DNA of 64,000 bases, taken from contig OY759353.1 of NCBI GenBank assembly GCA_963662315.1, positions 4,448,001 to 4,512,000 of the forward strand, written 5' to 3'. This document shows, piece by piece, positions 18,268-27,466 of this stretch. Source of the DNA: Geopsychrobacteraceae bacterium. Lineage in GTDB: Bacteria; Desulfobacterota; Desulfuromonadia; Desulfuromonadales; Geopsychrobacteraceae. Below the pieces are notes generated by a model. That model saw only the letters and a list, made by a program, of their open reading frames with translations, did not search any database and was not told the DNA's origin. The translations under genes and the position numbers were made by a program. Each line of letters begins with the position of its first letter. Positions within the stretch are counted from its first letter, which is position 1.

Positions 18268-20421
18268 ATGCGAAAACAATGGTTGGTTTTACTGATCGCA
18301 GTATTGGCCAGCGCAATGCTCTGGGGGTGCGGCAGCAGTGGTGGCGGAGGTGACGAAGTCACAAAGTCCACAGATGATGTTGCTACGGCAGAGAATGTCG
18401 GCAACTGTACGATCTGTCACACCCTGGATGTTCACACTGAGTTGAATGCTGTTGTCGGTGTGAACTCGAACGAAAATGGTTTAGGGTCTGCCATAACTCA
18501 TGATTGTGAAGCATGTCACGGTGGTGGTCAGTACCATCACGGTGATGGGCCGATTCCTTATCCTGAGTTGACACTGGCTCAGTGTGCAACCTGTCACACT
18601 GATATCCAGGACAAAATGGATAAAGTTCTGGCATCTAAGCACAACTATGAAGATGCCGAGAATACCGAATTTGAAGCCGATGGGCATGATACCCGCTATT
18701 GCCAGCGTTGTCACACTGGTGAAGGCAGTGTCTATCTGAAAGATGTTATTGGTGATAAGAGTTACCTGTCTTCAACTATCGTAGCTTACGGGTCTGCAGT
18801 TGGCGCTGGCCAGGTTGAGGCCCTCCAGAATGAAGATGCCGATGGTAACCCTCTACTGCATAGCCCTGGTGCCTGTTTTACCTGCCATAGCACCTTGACT
18901 GGTGAACTGGTCCAGTTTGATCCCCTCGCGTGGGACCCGAACCAGAATGGTGAATCTGACCAGCTGGATATGTGTACGTCCTGCCACAACTATAAATCTG
19001 CTGATGGCACAGTTGTGTTTGGTTCTGGATCAGCTACCAGTGGAACTGCAGAGTTCTATCATAATACTGCTTGGTACCGGACCATCTCAACCACTCACAT
19101 TGACAATCCTGCAACGGCTACCATGGTTGAAGGTTATGTCATTCGTGAAACTTCCGCCAATCCATGTTTTGACTGTCACGGCCACGAGCTGACGACGAAT
19201 ACCCGTTATGCTTCCGATCCTGAAGAGCTGACGATCCACACGCAATGGGCTTCTTCCGGACACGCAGCAGGGTTGATGAAGGCGAAACTTGCCGTAGATT
19301 CAGGCCTCAGAACTGTTGAGAATGTTGATAATATTACCGCCGCCGGTGGTGATGAAACAACCAGTGGTGGTGGGTTTACGCACTATAATTGGGATCAGAC
19401 CAGTCGCGCCAGTTGCCAAATGTGTCATACCGCAACCGGGTTTAAGAATTATGTAACGGACAGCGTGGCTTATAATACAGCCATGGACACCTATGCAACT
19501 TCTTCCGATATCGATGATCTGCCCAACGACTTCTCCCACCTGTCTGGGTGGTCGACAGATCCTACCGCCGGCTCCGGTCAGAACGAACTGCTCTACTGCT
19601 GGGGTTGTCATGTCAACGCTGAAACTGGTGAGTTGCGCGTAACTGGCGCTGTAACCGCAACCTATACTTACAATGAGCAAGCAATTGTCTTCCCGGATGT
19701 CGGCAGTTCCAACACTTGCGTTGTCTGTCACTCCGGTCGTGGTAACAACGAAACGGCATCGACAAGCAGCCGCTTTGCTGGGCACCATGCTCCGGCAGCA
19801 GCAGATCTGTTCAGCGAGTACAGCCATGTTGCTTACGAGTATCCAGGCCTTGATTACTCCAACGTATCGTATTTTGCCCACGACAGCATTGATGCTGAAG
19901 GTCAAGGTCCTTGCGTGGCCTGTCACATGAATGGCGAAGCAACTGACCATTCCTTTGATGTTGTTGAGAAGGATGATCTCGGCGTTATCACGGCAATCAA
20001 GGCTGATGTCTGCGTGACCTGTCACAGTGGTGGCCATGGCTATGCTTTTGTCAGTGAAGATACAACCAATGATAATGGTACCTTCACGGTTGCCGGTGCT
20101 GCTGCTGCTCTTGAAGAAGAAGCCGAAGGCTATAAGGAAGCAGGCGATATTCTTCTTGCTCTGCTTGCCAACACCATTACTAACTACCAGGAAGCAGTTG
20201 TTAACCAATCCAGTGAAGTTGAAAATGATCGTGGTGCTTTCCAGAACTCCAAGCTGCCTTCTGATGAGCCTGGCGGTTTTGCGCACAACCGTTATTATGT
20301 AAAACGTGCTATTTTCGATGCGATTGACTGGATGGAAGATGGCGCTATCAACGGAACGATTGCTGACTATTCAGCAACCTATCCAGAAGGCGCTTCCTGG
20401 TTGGGTTCTTCCCGTCCATAA
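18268..20421 (+). CDS. Lipoprotein dodecaheme c-type cytochrome (OmcB/OmcC-like)
   Basis: Lipobox LWGC followed by a Gly/Ser linker; 12 CxxCH motifs counted; RBS GAGGAGG. Confidence 0.9.
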   Translation: MRKQWLVLLIAVLASAMLWGCGSSGGGGDEVTKSTDDVATAENVGNCTICHTLDVHTELNAVVGVNSNENGLGSAITHDCEACHGGGQYHHGDGPIPYPELTLAQCATCHTDIQDKMDKVLASKHNYEDAENTEFEADGHDTRYCQRCHTGEGSVYLKDVIGDKSYLSSTIVAYGSAVGAGQVEALQNEDADGNPLLHSPGACFTCHSTLTGELVQFDPLAWDPNQNGESDQLDMCTSCHNYKSADGTVVFGSGSATSGTAEFYHNTAWYRTISTTHIDNPATATMVEGYVIRETSANPCFDCHGHELTTNTRYASDPEELTIHTQWASSGHAAGLMKAKLAVDSGLRTVENVDNITAAGGDETTSGGGFTHYNWDQTSRASCQMCHTATGFKNYVTDSVAYNTAMDTYATSSDIDDLPNDFSHLSGWSTDPTAGSGQNELLYCWGCHVNAETGELRVTGAVTATYTYNEQAIVFPDVGSSNTCVVCHSGRGNNETASTSSRFAGHHAPAAADLFSEYSHVAYEYPGLDYSNVSYFAHDSIDAEGQGPCVACHMNGEATDHSFDVVEKDDLGVITAIKADVCVTCHSGGHGYAFVSEDTTNDNGTFTVAGAAAALEEEAEGYKEAGDILLALLANTITNYQEAVVNQSSEVENDRGAFQNSKLPSDEPGGFAHNRYYVKRAIFDAIDWMEDGAINGTIADYSATYPEGASWLGSSRP

Positions 20422-20448
20422 CAAGAATTAAATGATTAATTGTTATTC

Positions 20449-20476
20449 AGCCCCCGCAAATTGCGGGGGCTTTTTT
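20449..20476 (+). terminator. Rho-independent terminator of the cytochrome operon
   Basis: AGCCCCCGCAA-A-TTGCGGGGGCT-TTTTT. Confidence 0.9.
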
Positions 20477-20576
20477 ATGTGCCAAACAAATAAGCACTCT
20501 GCTCAATTAATATTCATATTTTTTTATAAAGCCGCTGCTTGCAAATAAAAGCTCTGGAAAATAAAGTTTTTGATGT

Positions 20577-20592
20577 TGGCCGGTGTTTTGCA
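20577..20592 (+). promoter_or_regulatory. sigma54 promoter of nifEN
   Basis: TGGCCG-GTGTT-TTGCA. Confidence 0.8.
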
Positions 20593-20705
20593 ATACCTCC
20601 ATATTAGCTAACCACGCTCCGGTAGTGACATTGCTGCATGACCGGAGTTCCCCCTTCTCAATGACGCGACGGGTTGAAACCACAACAACCGAAAGGAATA
20701 ACGTC

Positions 20706-22058
20706 GTGTCCGCTAAACCCAAAATCAAAGACCTGCTCGACGAGAGCGCCTGCGAACATAACAAAACTAAAAAGTCAGCCTGTAATGCTCCCAAGCCGGG
20801 AGCCACAACCGGTGGCTGTGCTCTTGATGGTGCCCAGATTGCACTGTTTCCCTTTGCCGATACGGCGCACTTGGTGCATGGCCCGATGACCTGTGTTGGG
20901 GGCAGCTGGGAGACGCGTCTGACGCCCACCACCTGGGCTGGGCGTGATCTGACCCAGACCGGTTTTGTGACCGATATCAACATTAATGATGTCGTGTTCA
21001 GCGGTGAACAGAAATTGTCCGCTGCCATCGATTACATCATTGATCATTACGCACCTGAGGCGGTTTTTGTCTATTCGACCTGTGTCACTGCGCTTATTGG
21101 TGATGATATTGACATGGTCTGCAAGCAGGCTTTTGAACGTCATGGTGTTCCTTGTGTTCCGGTTCATGCCCCAGGGTTTGTCGGCGCCAAGAATCTTGGC
21201 AGCCGGATTGCCGGGGAGGCTGTATTGCGCCACCTGATTGGAACGCTGGAGCCGGAAGAAACGACCCCTTTCGATATCAACCTAATCGGTGAGCATAATA
21301 ATACCGGTGAGTTATGGCAGTACAAGCATCTGCTTGAAGAACTTGGCATTCGGGTGTTGTCGACCTTTAGCGGTGATGGCCGTATTCGCAATATCAGGAC
21401 CGCTCACAGGGCCAAGCTGAATGTCATTGTCTGTGCCAAGGCTCTGGTTTCCATGGCCCGTAAAATGAAAGAGGATTATGGTATTCCGTGGATCTCCTGT
21501 TCCTTTTACGGCAAGACCGATACCTCCAAAGGCATTATGGCGATTGCCGAAGCTCTTGGGGATGCCGACCTTATCCAACGCGCCCGTGCATTGGTTGAGC
21601 GTGAAGAAGCGCTCCTGGAAGAAAACCTGATCCCTTATCGCGAAATTTTTGCTGGTAAAAAAGCCGTGCTGAATACAGGTGGGAACAAGTCCTGGTCGAT
21701 CGCCTCGGCACTGCAGGATCTGGGTATCGAAGTGGTTGCGACATCGGTACGGAAAGCGACAGAAGAAGATAAAGCCAAGGCCCGTGAATATCTTGGTGAA
21801 AATGCCATCCTTATGACAACACCGGCAACCCAGCAGGCCAAAATTATCGATGATACCGGTGCTCATTTACTGCTGGCTGGCGGGCGCTCCCTGTATACCG
21901 CGATCAAAAAACGGATCGCATTTACGGACGTTAACCAAGAGAAGAAGAAAAGTTACGGCGGCTATAACGGCTTGCTGACCCTGGCGGAAGACTTGAAAAA
22001 TTCGTTGCAGAACCCGGTATTCAAACTGGTTGAAAGGAAAGCACCATGGGAGAAATAG
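20706..22058 (+). CDS. nifE: FeMo-co scaffold alpha subunit
   Basis: GGCALDGA, HGPMTC, STCVTALIGDD, TGGNKSWS; GTG start after GAAAGGA. Confidence 0.93.
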   Translation: MSAKPKIKDLLDESACEHNKTKKSACNAPKPGATTGGCALDGAQIALFPFADTAHLVHGPMTCVGGSWETRLTPTTWAGRDLTQTGFVTDININDVVFSGEQKLSAAIDYIIDHYAPEAVFVYSTCVTALIGDDIDMVCKQAFERHGVPCVPVHAPGFVGAKNLGSRIAGEAVLRHLIGTLEPEETTPFDINLIGEHNNTGELWQYKHLLEELGIRVLSTFSGDGRIRNIRTAHRAKLNVIVCAKALVSMARKMKEDYGIPWISCSFYGKTDTSKGIMAIAEALGDADLIQRARALVEREEALLEENLIPYREIFAGKKAVLNTGGNKSWSIASALQDLGIEVVATSVRKATEEDKAKAREYLGENAILMTTPATQQAKIIDDTGAHLLLAGGRSLYTAIKKRIAFTDVNQEKKKSYGGYNGLLTLAEDLKNSLQNPVFKLVERKAPWEK

Positions 22059-23368
22059 TTCGCAAAAGCAACAAGCCATTGCAGGTCAATCCGCATAAGC
22101 TGTCGCAGCCCATGGGATCGGCACTGGCCTTTTTAGGTGTCGATCGCTGCATGCCACTGATGCATGGTGGCCAAGGCTGTGCAAGTTTTACCAAGGTACT
22201 CTTTACCCGGCATTTCTGTGAACCTATTGCGTTGCAGACAACCGCCGTTACGGATGTTACCGCAGTGCTTGATGGAGGTGATTACAGTATTGTCGAGTCG
22301 ATTAAAAATATTCGTGAGAAAGTCACCCCTGAGCTCATCGGCTTACATACAACCGGACTACCGGAAACCAAAGGGGACGATATTCGCGGTGTGGCCAGCA
22401 AGATCGATGTCCCTCTGGTCTACGTGAATACCCCTGACTATGAAGGGAGCTTCGAAAGCGGTTGGACCCTGACGGTGAAAGCCATGATCAATCAGTTGAC
22501 CGTGGAGCGCTCTGAGATTGATGGGCAGAAGGTGGTGTTTGTCCCCCATGTCAGTATGGGGCCTGTTGAGGTGGAAAAGATCAAGGAGATGATCGCAGTT
22601 TTTGGTTTTAACGTCATCGCTATTCCTGATTTATCTCTGTCTCTTGATGGTCATCTGGGTGAGAAACAGGCCTCCCTCAGTAGTGGTGGTGTGACACTCG
22701 AAGAGATTAAGAATTTGGCAGATGCTGCTTTTATCGTCACTGTGGGCGCATCGGTAAAAAGTGTCGGCAGTTCATTGCAACAGAAAAACGCTGCAGTGCA
22801 GCATCAGCATTTTGATCACGTCAGTGGCTTGGTTGGATCAGATGAATTGATCGCCTGGTTACTGGGCATCAGTCATAAAAATGAACCGCCAACAGTTGTG
22901 GTTCGCTGGCGGAAACGTCTGCAGGATGCCTTGCTTGACAGCCATTTTTCCCTGGGACAGACGCGGTTTCTGCTGGTTGCCGAGCCTGACCACCTGGTTG
23001 CTATGGCTGCATCACTCACGGAAGCCGGCGGAACGATAGCTTTGGCTGTCTCTACCGTGGATGCTCCGGTATTGGCAGCTATCAAAGCAGATAAAATCTT
23101 TGTCGGCGACCTGGAAGACGCTGAAAAAATGCACGCGGCTTACGATGTGATCATCGGTAATTATCACACTATGGCTCTGGCCCACCGGTTTGGCAAAAAA
23201 GCAGTGATGCGCGGATTTCCAAATTATGAAGAAGTCGGGAATGCGTTGAAATATGATGTGCTTTACGAAGGCGGAGCATATTTTCTGTTTGAAATCGCAA
23301 ATGCGGCTGATGCTCTGAGGGAAGAGCAGAAACACCATCATCAACGTAAATTGAAAAGGACGGCATAG
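22046..23368 (+). CDS. nifN: FeMo-co scaffold beta subunit
   Basis: NPHKLSQPMG, HGGQGCASF, RHFCEPIALQTTA. Confidence 0.93.
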   Translation: MGEIVRKSNKPLQVNPHKLSQPMGSALAFLGVDRCMPLMHGGQGCASFTKVLFTRHFCEPIALQTTAVTDVTAVLDGGDYSIVESIKNIREKVTPELIGLHTTGLPETKGDDIRGVASKIDVPLVYVNTPDYEGSFESGWTLTVKAMINQLTVERSEIDGQKVVFVPHVSMGPVEVEKIKEMIAVFGFNVIAIPDLSLSLDGHLGEKQASLSSGGVTLEEIKNLADAAFIVTVGASVKSVGSSLQQKNAAVQHQHFDHVSGLVGSDELIAWLLGISHKNEPPTVVVRWRKRLQDALLDSHFSLGQTRFLLVAEPDHLVAMAASLTEAGGTIALAVSTVDAPVLAAIKADKIFVGDLEDAEKMHAAYDVIIGNYHTMALAHRFGKKAVMRGFPNYEEVGNALKYDVLYEGGAYFLFEIANAADALREEQKHHHQRKLKRTA

Positions 23369-23516
23369 CTAAAATTTATCCGGAAACGGCTCTTTTGCAC
23401 CATCTCTGCATCAAGCAGCACCTTTGCTTGTGTGTGGCAAAGGCCGCTTTTCGCGATCATTCAAGACATCGCTCGTTACGAATCTGAAAATTGGTTATGC
23501 CAGATGAGGATTGCTC

Positions 23517-24563
23517 ATGGAGAACCTGTATAGCGAAAATATTATAAAGTACGTCAATGATGCCAGTAGGGTCGGTTTTATTGACAAGGCGGATGGGATA
23601 GGGGAGACGGGGCTTGAAGGCGCACAGGTCGGCAATCGCTTAGCGGTACGGTTCACCTTGTCGGTTTATCAGGATCGTATTCAGAAACTCCGGTTTCAGG
23701 TTTTTGGCTGCGGGTTTACCATCGCAGCGTGTGCTGCCGCTGCTGAATACTGCGAGGGGAGGACTCTTGGCGAAGTTGCCAGAATATCAAGTGACTCCAT
23801 TCATAAGCATATGGATTTCGCCTTGCCGCCGGAACGATCGTATTGTGCTGATCTTGCCAGTGAAGCTCTGCGGGCCGCGGTAAAGAGTGCCATGAGTTCG
23901 GCTGCTGTCGTGTCCACAACGATTGTCAGCGAACCTGCAGACGCTCATGCGCGGGTCAGTGAAAATGATCCTCTCTACAAAGCTTTGCTGGCAGGATCTG
24001 TTCCGGCGATGTCTCAAGCGGAAATAGATGACCGGCAGATGTTTGCCTGTCTGTTGACCGTTGCGAGTCAGGATGCCTGGCCGGTTCATAAAGCGCTCGG
24101 ACTTGATGACAAGGTGGTTCAGCGGATACTGACGACCTTCTTCCCCGGTTTTGATAAGGCTTTGCTGGATTTTGGCGCAGATCAGAAATTTAGCCCTTTG
24201 CCAGCTATGAACGATGATGTTTTGACCCTGCTGTTATCCTATATCTCACCACAGGCCAGTGTCTATGAGCGCCAGGCGGGTAAATTGCTGGCCCACATTA
24301 TTGCTGCTCGCGCTGCTTTCCCTGGTCATTTGTGGGTTGCCATGGGTTTTTTTCAACGCCCTCAACTGTCCTCCGCCATCAGACGCCACTTGCCGTTGCT
24401 TGCAGCTGCTAATGATAAAAATATGCGCTGGAAACGTTTCTTATTTAAACAAGTGTGTGATCTAAATGGGGGAACCTTGTGCAAGACGCCAAATTGCGCT
24501 GACTGCAGTGATTATGCTTTGTGTTTTGTTGATGAAAGCGAAGACGCTGTTGTTTACCAGTAA
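23517..24563 (+). CDS. nifQ: Fusion of a NifU/IscU N-terminal-like domain and NifQ
   Basis: N-terminal LYSE...RFQVFGCG...LPPERSYC (IscU-like); C-terminal HLW...NDKNMRWKRF...C-x4-C-x2-C-x5-C (NifQ). Confidence 0.82.
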   Translation: MENLYSENIIKYVNDASRVGFIDKADGIGETGLEGAQVGNRLAVRFTLSVYQDRIQKLRFQVFGCGFTIAACAAAAEYCEGRTLGEVARISSDSIHKHMDFALPPERSYCADLASEALRAAVKSAMSSAAVVSTTIVSEPADAHARVSENDPLYKALLAGSVPAMSQAEIDDRQMFACLLTVASQDAWPVHKALGLDDKVVQRILTTFFPGFDKALLDFGADQKFSPLPAMNDDVLTLLLSYISPQASVYERQAGKLLAHIIAARAAFPGHLWVAMGFFQRPQLSSAIRRHLPLLAAANDKNMRWKRFLFKQVCDLNGGTLCKTPNCADCSDYALCFVDESEDAVVYQ

Positions 24564-24640
24564 GTCAAACCGGAGCCTGGGGTGATCAATATAATATTTT
24601 GGAGCAGCTGTCGAGCTGCTCTTATTAAGAAGGAGATACG

Positions 24641-25033
24641 ATGAGCCAGCTTGACGATGCTCTTAAAGCCTATATTGAAGATGAAAACCAACAAGAAACT
24701 TATTACCAGTTATTTTTGACCACCGACTTTTATGTCCCCCTTGCACATCAGGGATCGCCGGAAGAAATTGATCAGCACGGTGGGGTCACACCAATGATCC
24801 TCGAATCTGCAGAGAAGCCTTATATGATGCTTTTTGATGGCGCTGAACGGTTAGCAGCATGGGCTAGAAAGGATGTTCCATACGCAATATTCTCAGGGGC
24901 TGCGATTGCTCAGTTCTCTCCGGCAGGTCTTTATTGGGCGGTCAATATGGGGGATAAATACGCCAAAGAAATGGTTCCTGATGAAATTACTTTTTTAAAG
25001 CAGCTCGCTATCGCCGGATCGACAGTGCAATAA
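24641..25033 (+). CDS. SseB-family protein
   Basis: YYQLFL..FYVP, MLFDGAERL..W, WAVN pattern; RBS AAGGAG. Confidence 0.7.
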   Translation: MSQLDDALKAYIEDENQQETYYQLFLTTDFYVPLAHQGSPEEIDQHGGVTPMILESAEKPYMMLFDGAERLAAWARKDVPYAIFSGAAIAQFSPAGLYWAVNMGDKYAKEMVPDEITFLKQLAIAGSTVQ

Positions 25034-25069
25034 CAGGTGGTTTCCATATCGTTGAGACCTTGGACAATG

Positions 25070-25102
25070 AAAAAGGGGAGCGCGTTACACGTTCCCCTTT
25101 TT
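25070..25102. terminator. Bidirectional terminator
   Basis: AAAAAGGGGAGCG...CGTTCCCCTTTTT. Confidence 0.8.
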
Positions 25103-25103
25103 G

Positions 25104-25433
25104 CTACTTGAACCATTCTTTGTATTCGTCTTCATGGAACCCTATCATGAAGCGATCACCGTCTTTAAACGTTGGAGCCCGCAGGTTACCGCTTGGCCCC
25201 ATAGCGTTTTTAAGGACATCCTCTTTATTTAATTGACCTTTTCCAAAGGTAACGACTTTCTGCCCTTTGGCAACGACGATGCTTTCTGCGTTCTTAAGTA
25301 AATCCCAGGCTTCAGTGGCGTCTAGGCGGGTCTTGCGTGCATCAACAACAGTCTCCAGAGATGTTCCGTTTTGCTCAAGAAACTCTTGAGCTTTGGTGCA
25401 GCTGGTTCAGCCCTTGCGTAAATAAGCCCACAT
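25104..25433 (-). CDS. ArsC-like thioredoxin-fold selenoprotein (UxxC; in-frame TGA at 25407-25409)
   Basis: MWAYLRKG-U-TSCTKAQEFL...MGPSGNLRAPT...GF, 109 aa; RBS AAGGAG; stem-loop just 3' of the TGA; missing from the ORF track. Confidence 0.82.
25373..25391 (-). promoter_or_regulatory. Candidate bacterial SECIS hairpin
   Basis: GCTCAAG-AGTTT-CTTGAGC begins 15 nt after the UGA codon. Confidence 0.6.
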
Positions 25434-25525
25434 ATCAATCATCTCCTTTAGTTATGTGTTGTGTTATTGGTAATGGCGATACTGTAGCAGTTAGTTAGCG
25501 GAAATATCAACAGCGGTAGCTAAAG

Positions 25526-25559
25526 AAAAAGCGGTAACTGTATGAAACAGTTACCGCTT
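25526..25559 (-). terminator. Terminator after nifB
   Basis: AAGCGGTAACTGT...ACAGTTACCGCTT with a U-tract on the minus strand. Confidence 0.85.
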
Positions 25560-25581
25560 GAAATTGTCTATTGTGAGCGGA

Positions 25582-26466
25582 TCAGCTTGCCATCTGCTTA
25601 CGTTCAAGTTGCTCAAGATCAATATCCTGACCAATCAGCCCGGCAGCATCCGCACGGCACTGTTTGCAGTGGCGTGCCTGGGAAAGGATCAGTTCAGCCT
25701 GATTGCGGACCATTTCCATGGTCAGGTCGGAAGGCCTTTCGATTCCTTCGAACTTTCCAACCGGTATGATCGGCATGATGTTCATCATGTCTGCACCCAG
25801 TTCTCTGACTTTGATAGCCAGGTCGAGGGTTTCGTGGTCGTTTACCCCGGGAATATAGACATGGTTTACTTTAACCATTAAACCGGCTTTTGCAGCAAGA
25901 CGGACACCTTCTAGTTGCTTTTCCAGCAGAAAGGCAGCGCCTTCTACTCCGGCAAGTTTCATCCGGTCATAACGAATCCATTCATAAACTTTGGCGCCCG
26001 TTTCTGCCGTCAGCGCATTGATGGTCACGGTCAGGCTGTGGATACCGAGTTTGACAATCTTGTCGATGTTCTCAGGCAATCTCAGGCCGTTGGTTGACAG
26101 GCACAGGGTCATGTCGGGAAATGTTTCGCGAATCAGGTCAAAGGTTTCGAAGGTTTTAGGGTTTGCCAGCGGGTCTCCGGGACCAGCAATGCCAACCACT
26201 TTAAGCTGTGGACCACCTTCCTGCTTGGCCATGTGACGTTGTACCAGTCGGACGCGTTCGACGGCTTGCTCCGGAGTCAGAACCTTACTGGTTATCCCTG
26301 GGCGACTTTCGTTGACACAATCGAATTTGCGTTCACAGAAGCCACATTTGATATTGCAGCCAGGGGCAACGGGTAAGTGAATGCGCCCGGCCTTATTGTG
26401 ATCGCCACCAAAACAGGGGTGGTCGGTCTGTCTTTTCATCTTCATCATCGGACATGTGCTTGCCAT
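25582..26466 (-). CDS. nifB: NifB radical-SAM protein (stand-alone, no NifX domain)
   Basis: HPC, CNIKCGFC, ESRPG, AGPGD, TIN and CKQCRADA NifB fingerprints. Confidence 0.94.
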   Translation of the reverse strand: MASTCPMMKMKRQTDHPCFGGDHNKAGRIHLPVAPGCNIKCGFCERKFDCVNESRPGITSKVLTPEQAVERVRLVQRHMAKQEGGPQLKVVGIAGPGDPLANPKTFETFDLIRETFPDMTLCLSTNGLRLPENIDKIVKLGIHSLTVTINALTAETGAKVYEWIRYDRMKLAGVEGAAFLLEKQLEGVRLAAKAGLMVKVNHVYIPGVNDHETLDLAIKVRELGADMMNIMPIIPVGKFEGIERPSDLTMEMVRNQAELILSQARHCKQCRADAAGLIGQDIDLEQLERKQMAS

Positions 26467-26520
26467 AACAGATTCTCCTGTCAAAACATGTTGTTGTGGA
26501 TTCAAGCACCGTTGCTGACG

Positions 26521-26594
26521 AAAAAAGCCCTTGAGCTTTCAAGTGAATAAACTCAAGGGCTTCATTACCTTTATCACCGACACGTCCTTATGTC
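26521..26594 (-). promoter_or_regulatory. ANTAR dual-hairpin attenuator in the nifB leader
   Basis: GACAT-AAGGAC-GTGTC and GGT-AATGAA-GCC hexaloops (A1/G4); the second overlaps terminator AAGCCCTTGAG...CTCAAGGGCTTTTTT. Confidence 0.82.
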
Positions 26595-26616
26595 TGTTTC
26601 TTGCTGACTCTTATAA

Positions 26617-26632
26617 TGCATTCGCTGTGCCA
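26617..26632 (-). promoter_or_regulatory. sigma54 promoter of nifB
   Basis: TGGCAC-AGCGA-ATGCA. Confidence 0.85.
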
Positions 26633-26644
26633 AGGTTTCAGGTT

Positions 26645-26689
26645 AAAAAAACTGGGTAACACGTGCACCTCAGGACCACGTGTTACCCC
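26645..26689 (-). terminator. Terminator of the nifHDKX-fdx-nifY-like operon
   Basis: GGGTAACACGTG...CACGTGTTACCC-AG-TTTTTT. Confidence 0.75.
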
Positions 26690-26768
26690 TGCCAGTGGCA
26701 ATTGCAGCTTAAAAAATGAACTTACGGATTTTAAACGTGTAAACTTTAAGCAGATCACAACATTGTGA

Positions 26769-27128
26769 CTATTTCGGCAGTCGCGCCAGAATCCCCGAAG
26801 CGACGATATCTGAAGCCATCTTCAGAGCATCGCTTATGGTGATCTGAGTCGTGACCGGGACAATACCAGCTTTGATCAGTTCTTTTTTGGGTAATTCACC
26901 GATTGCAGCTGTAACGACAGCACTGCAGCCTTCCAGAGCGCTTAATATCCCGCCGAACTGTTTATGGCGAAACGGATTGTCTGGATCAAAGGCACAATAT
27001 TTATCAACTTCGACGCTACAGAGCAGTTCGCTATTGTCGCCCTGATAATCGTAAATCAGAAAAGCCTCGGCATGGCCAAAATGCTGATCAATAGTGATGC
27101 CTGATTTTGAGGCCACGGCAATTCGCAT
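26769..27128 (-). CDS. NifB/NifX/NifY-family cofactor-binding protein
   Basis: MRIAVASKSG..IDQHFGHAEAFLIY...DKYC. Confidence 0.88.
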   Translation of the reverse strand: MRIAVASKSGITIDQHFGHAEAFLIYDYQGDNSELLCSVEVDKYCAFDPDNPFRHKQFGGILSALEGCSAVVTAAIGELPKKELIKAGIVPVTTQITISDALKMASDIVASGILARLPK

Positions 27129-27152
27129 GACGTTATTCCTTTTAATCTGTAC

Positions 27153-27422
27153 CTAAGCTTCAACAGTGGTGAAGCTGAAGCATTTTTTCGGGCAAGCAAC
27201 GCCACAAGCGGCGCAACCGACGCAGTTGTCTTTATTTGAGATGGTCATGATCATACGGACGGTATCGGTATCGTCATCAATATCTTCGAAAGGTTCAAGG
27301 ACCTTGTGCGCGCACGATTTGTAGCAGCGTGCACAACCAATACATTTTTCCGGGTCAATTGCATCAGCAAAAGTCTGAGTCCAGCTGTCGCCTCCGCGTC
27401 TTTTTGCGGTCATTAAAGCCAT
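27153..27422 (-). CDS. nif-specific 2x[4Fe-4S] ferredoxin (FdxB/ferredoxin III-like)
   Basis: CIGCARCYKSC and CVGCAACGVACP. Confidence 0.88.
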   Translation of the reverse strand: MALMTAKRRGGDSWTQTFADAIDPEKCIGCARCYKSCAHKVLEPFEDIDDDTDTVRMIMTISNKDNCVGCAACGVACPKKCFSFTTVEA

Positions 27423-27466
27423 TGTTTTCGTCTCCTTAAATCAAATAGAAATGTTTTCAAAATGCA

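Noticed and set aside
19300..20286. Long antisense ORFs (328 aa here; also 29656-30600, 31247-31900, 38835-39551, 60004-60759)
   Set aside because: Shadows of well-supported genes on the opposite strand, with no motifs or RBS
20593..20705. ANTAR attenuator in the nifE leader
   Set aside because: A CTCCGGT...ACCGGAG stem is present, but there are no properly closed A1/G4 hexaloops and no U-tract terminator
22040..22060. nifE/nifN junction as a frameshifted nifEN fusion
   Set aside because: NifE ends in a normal APW tail and nifN has its own RBS and ATG
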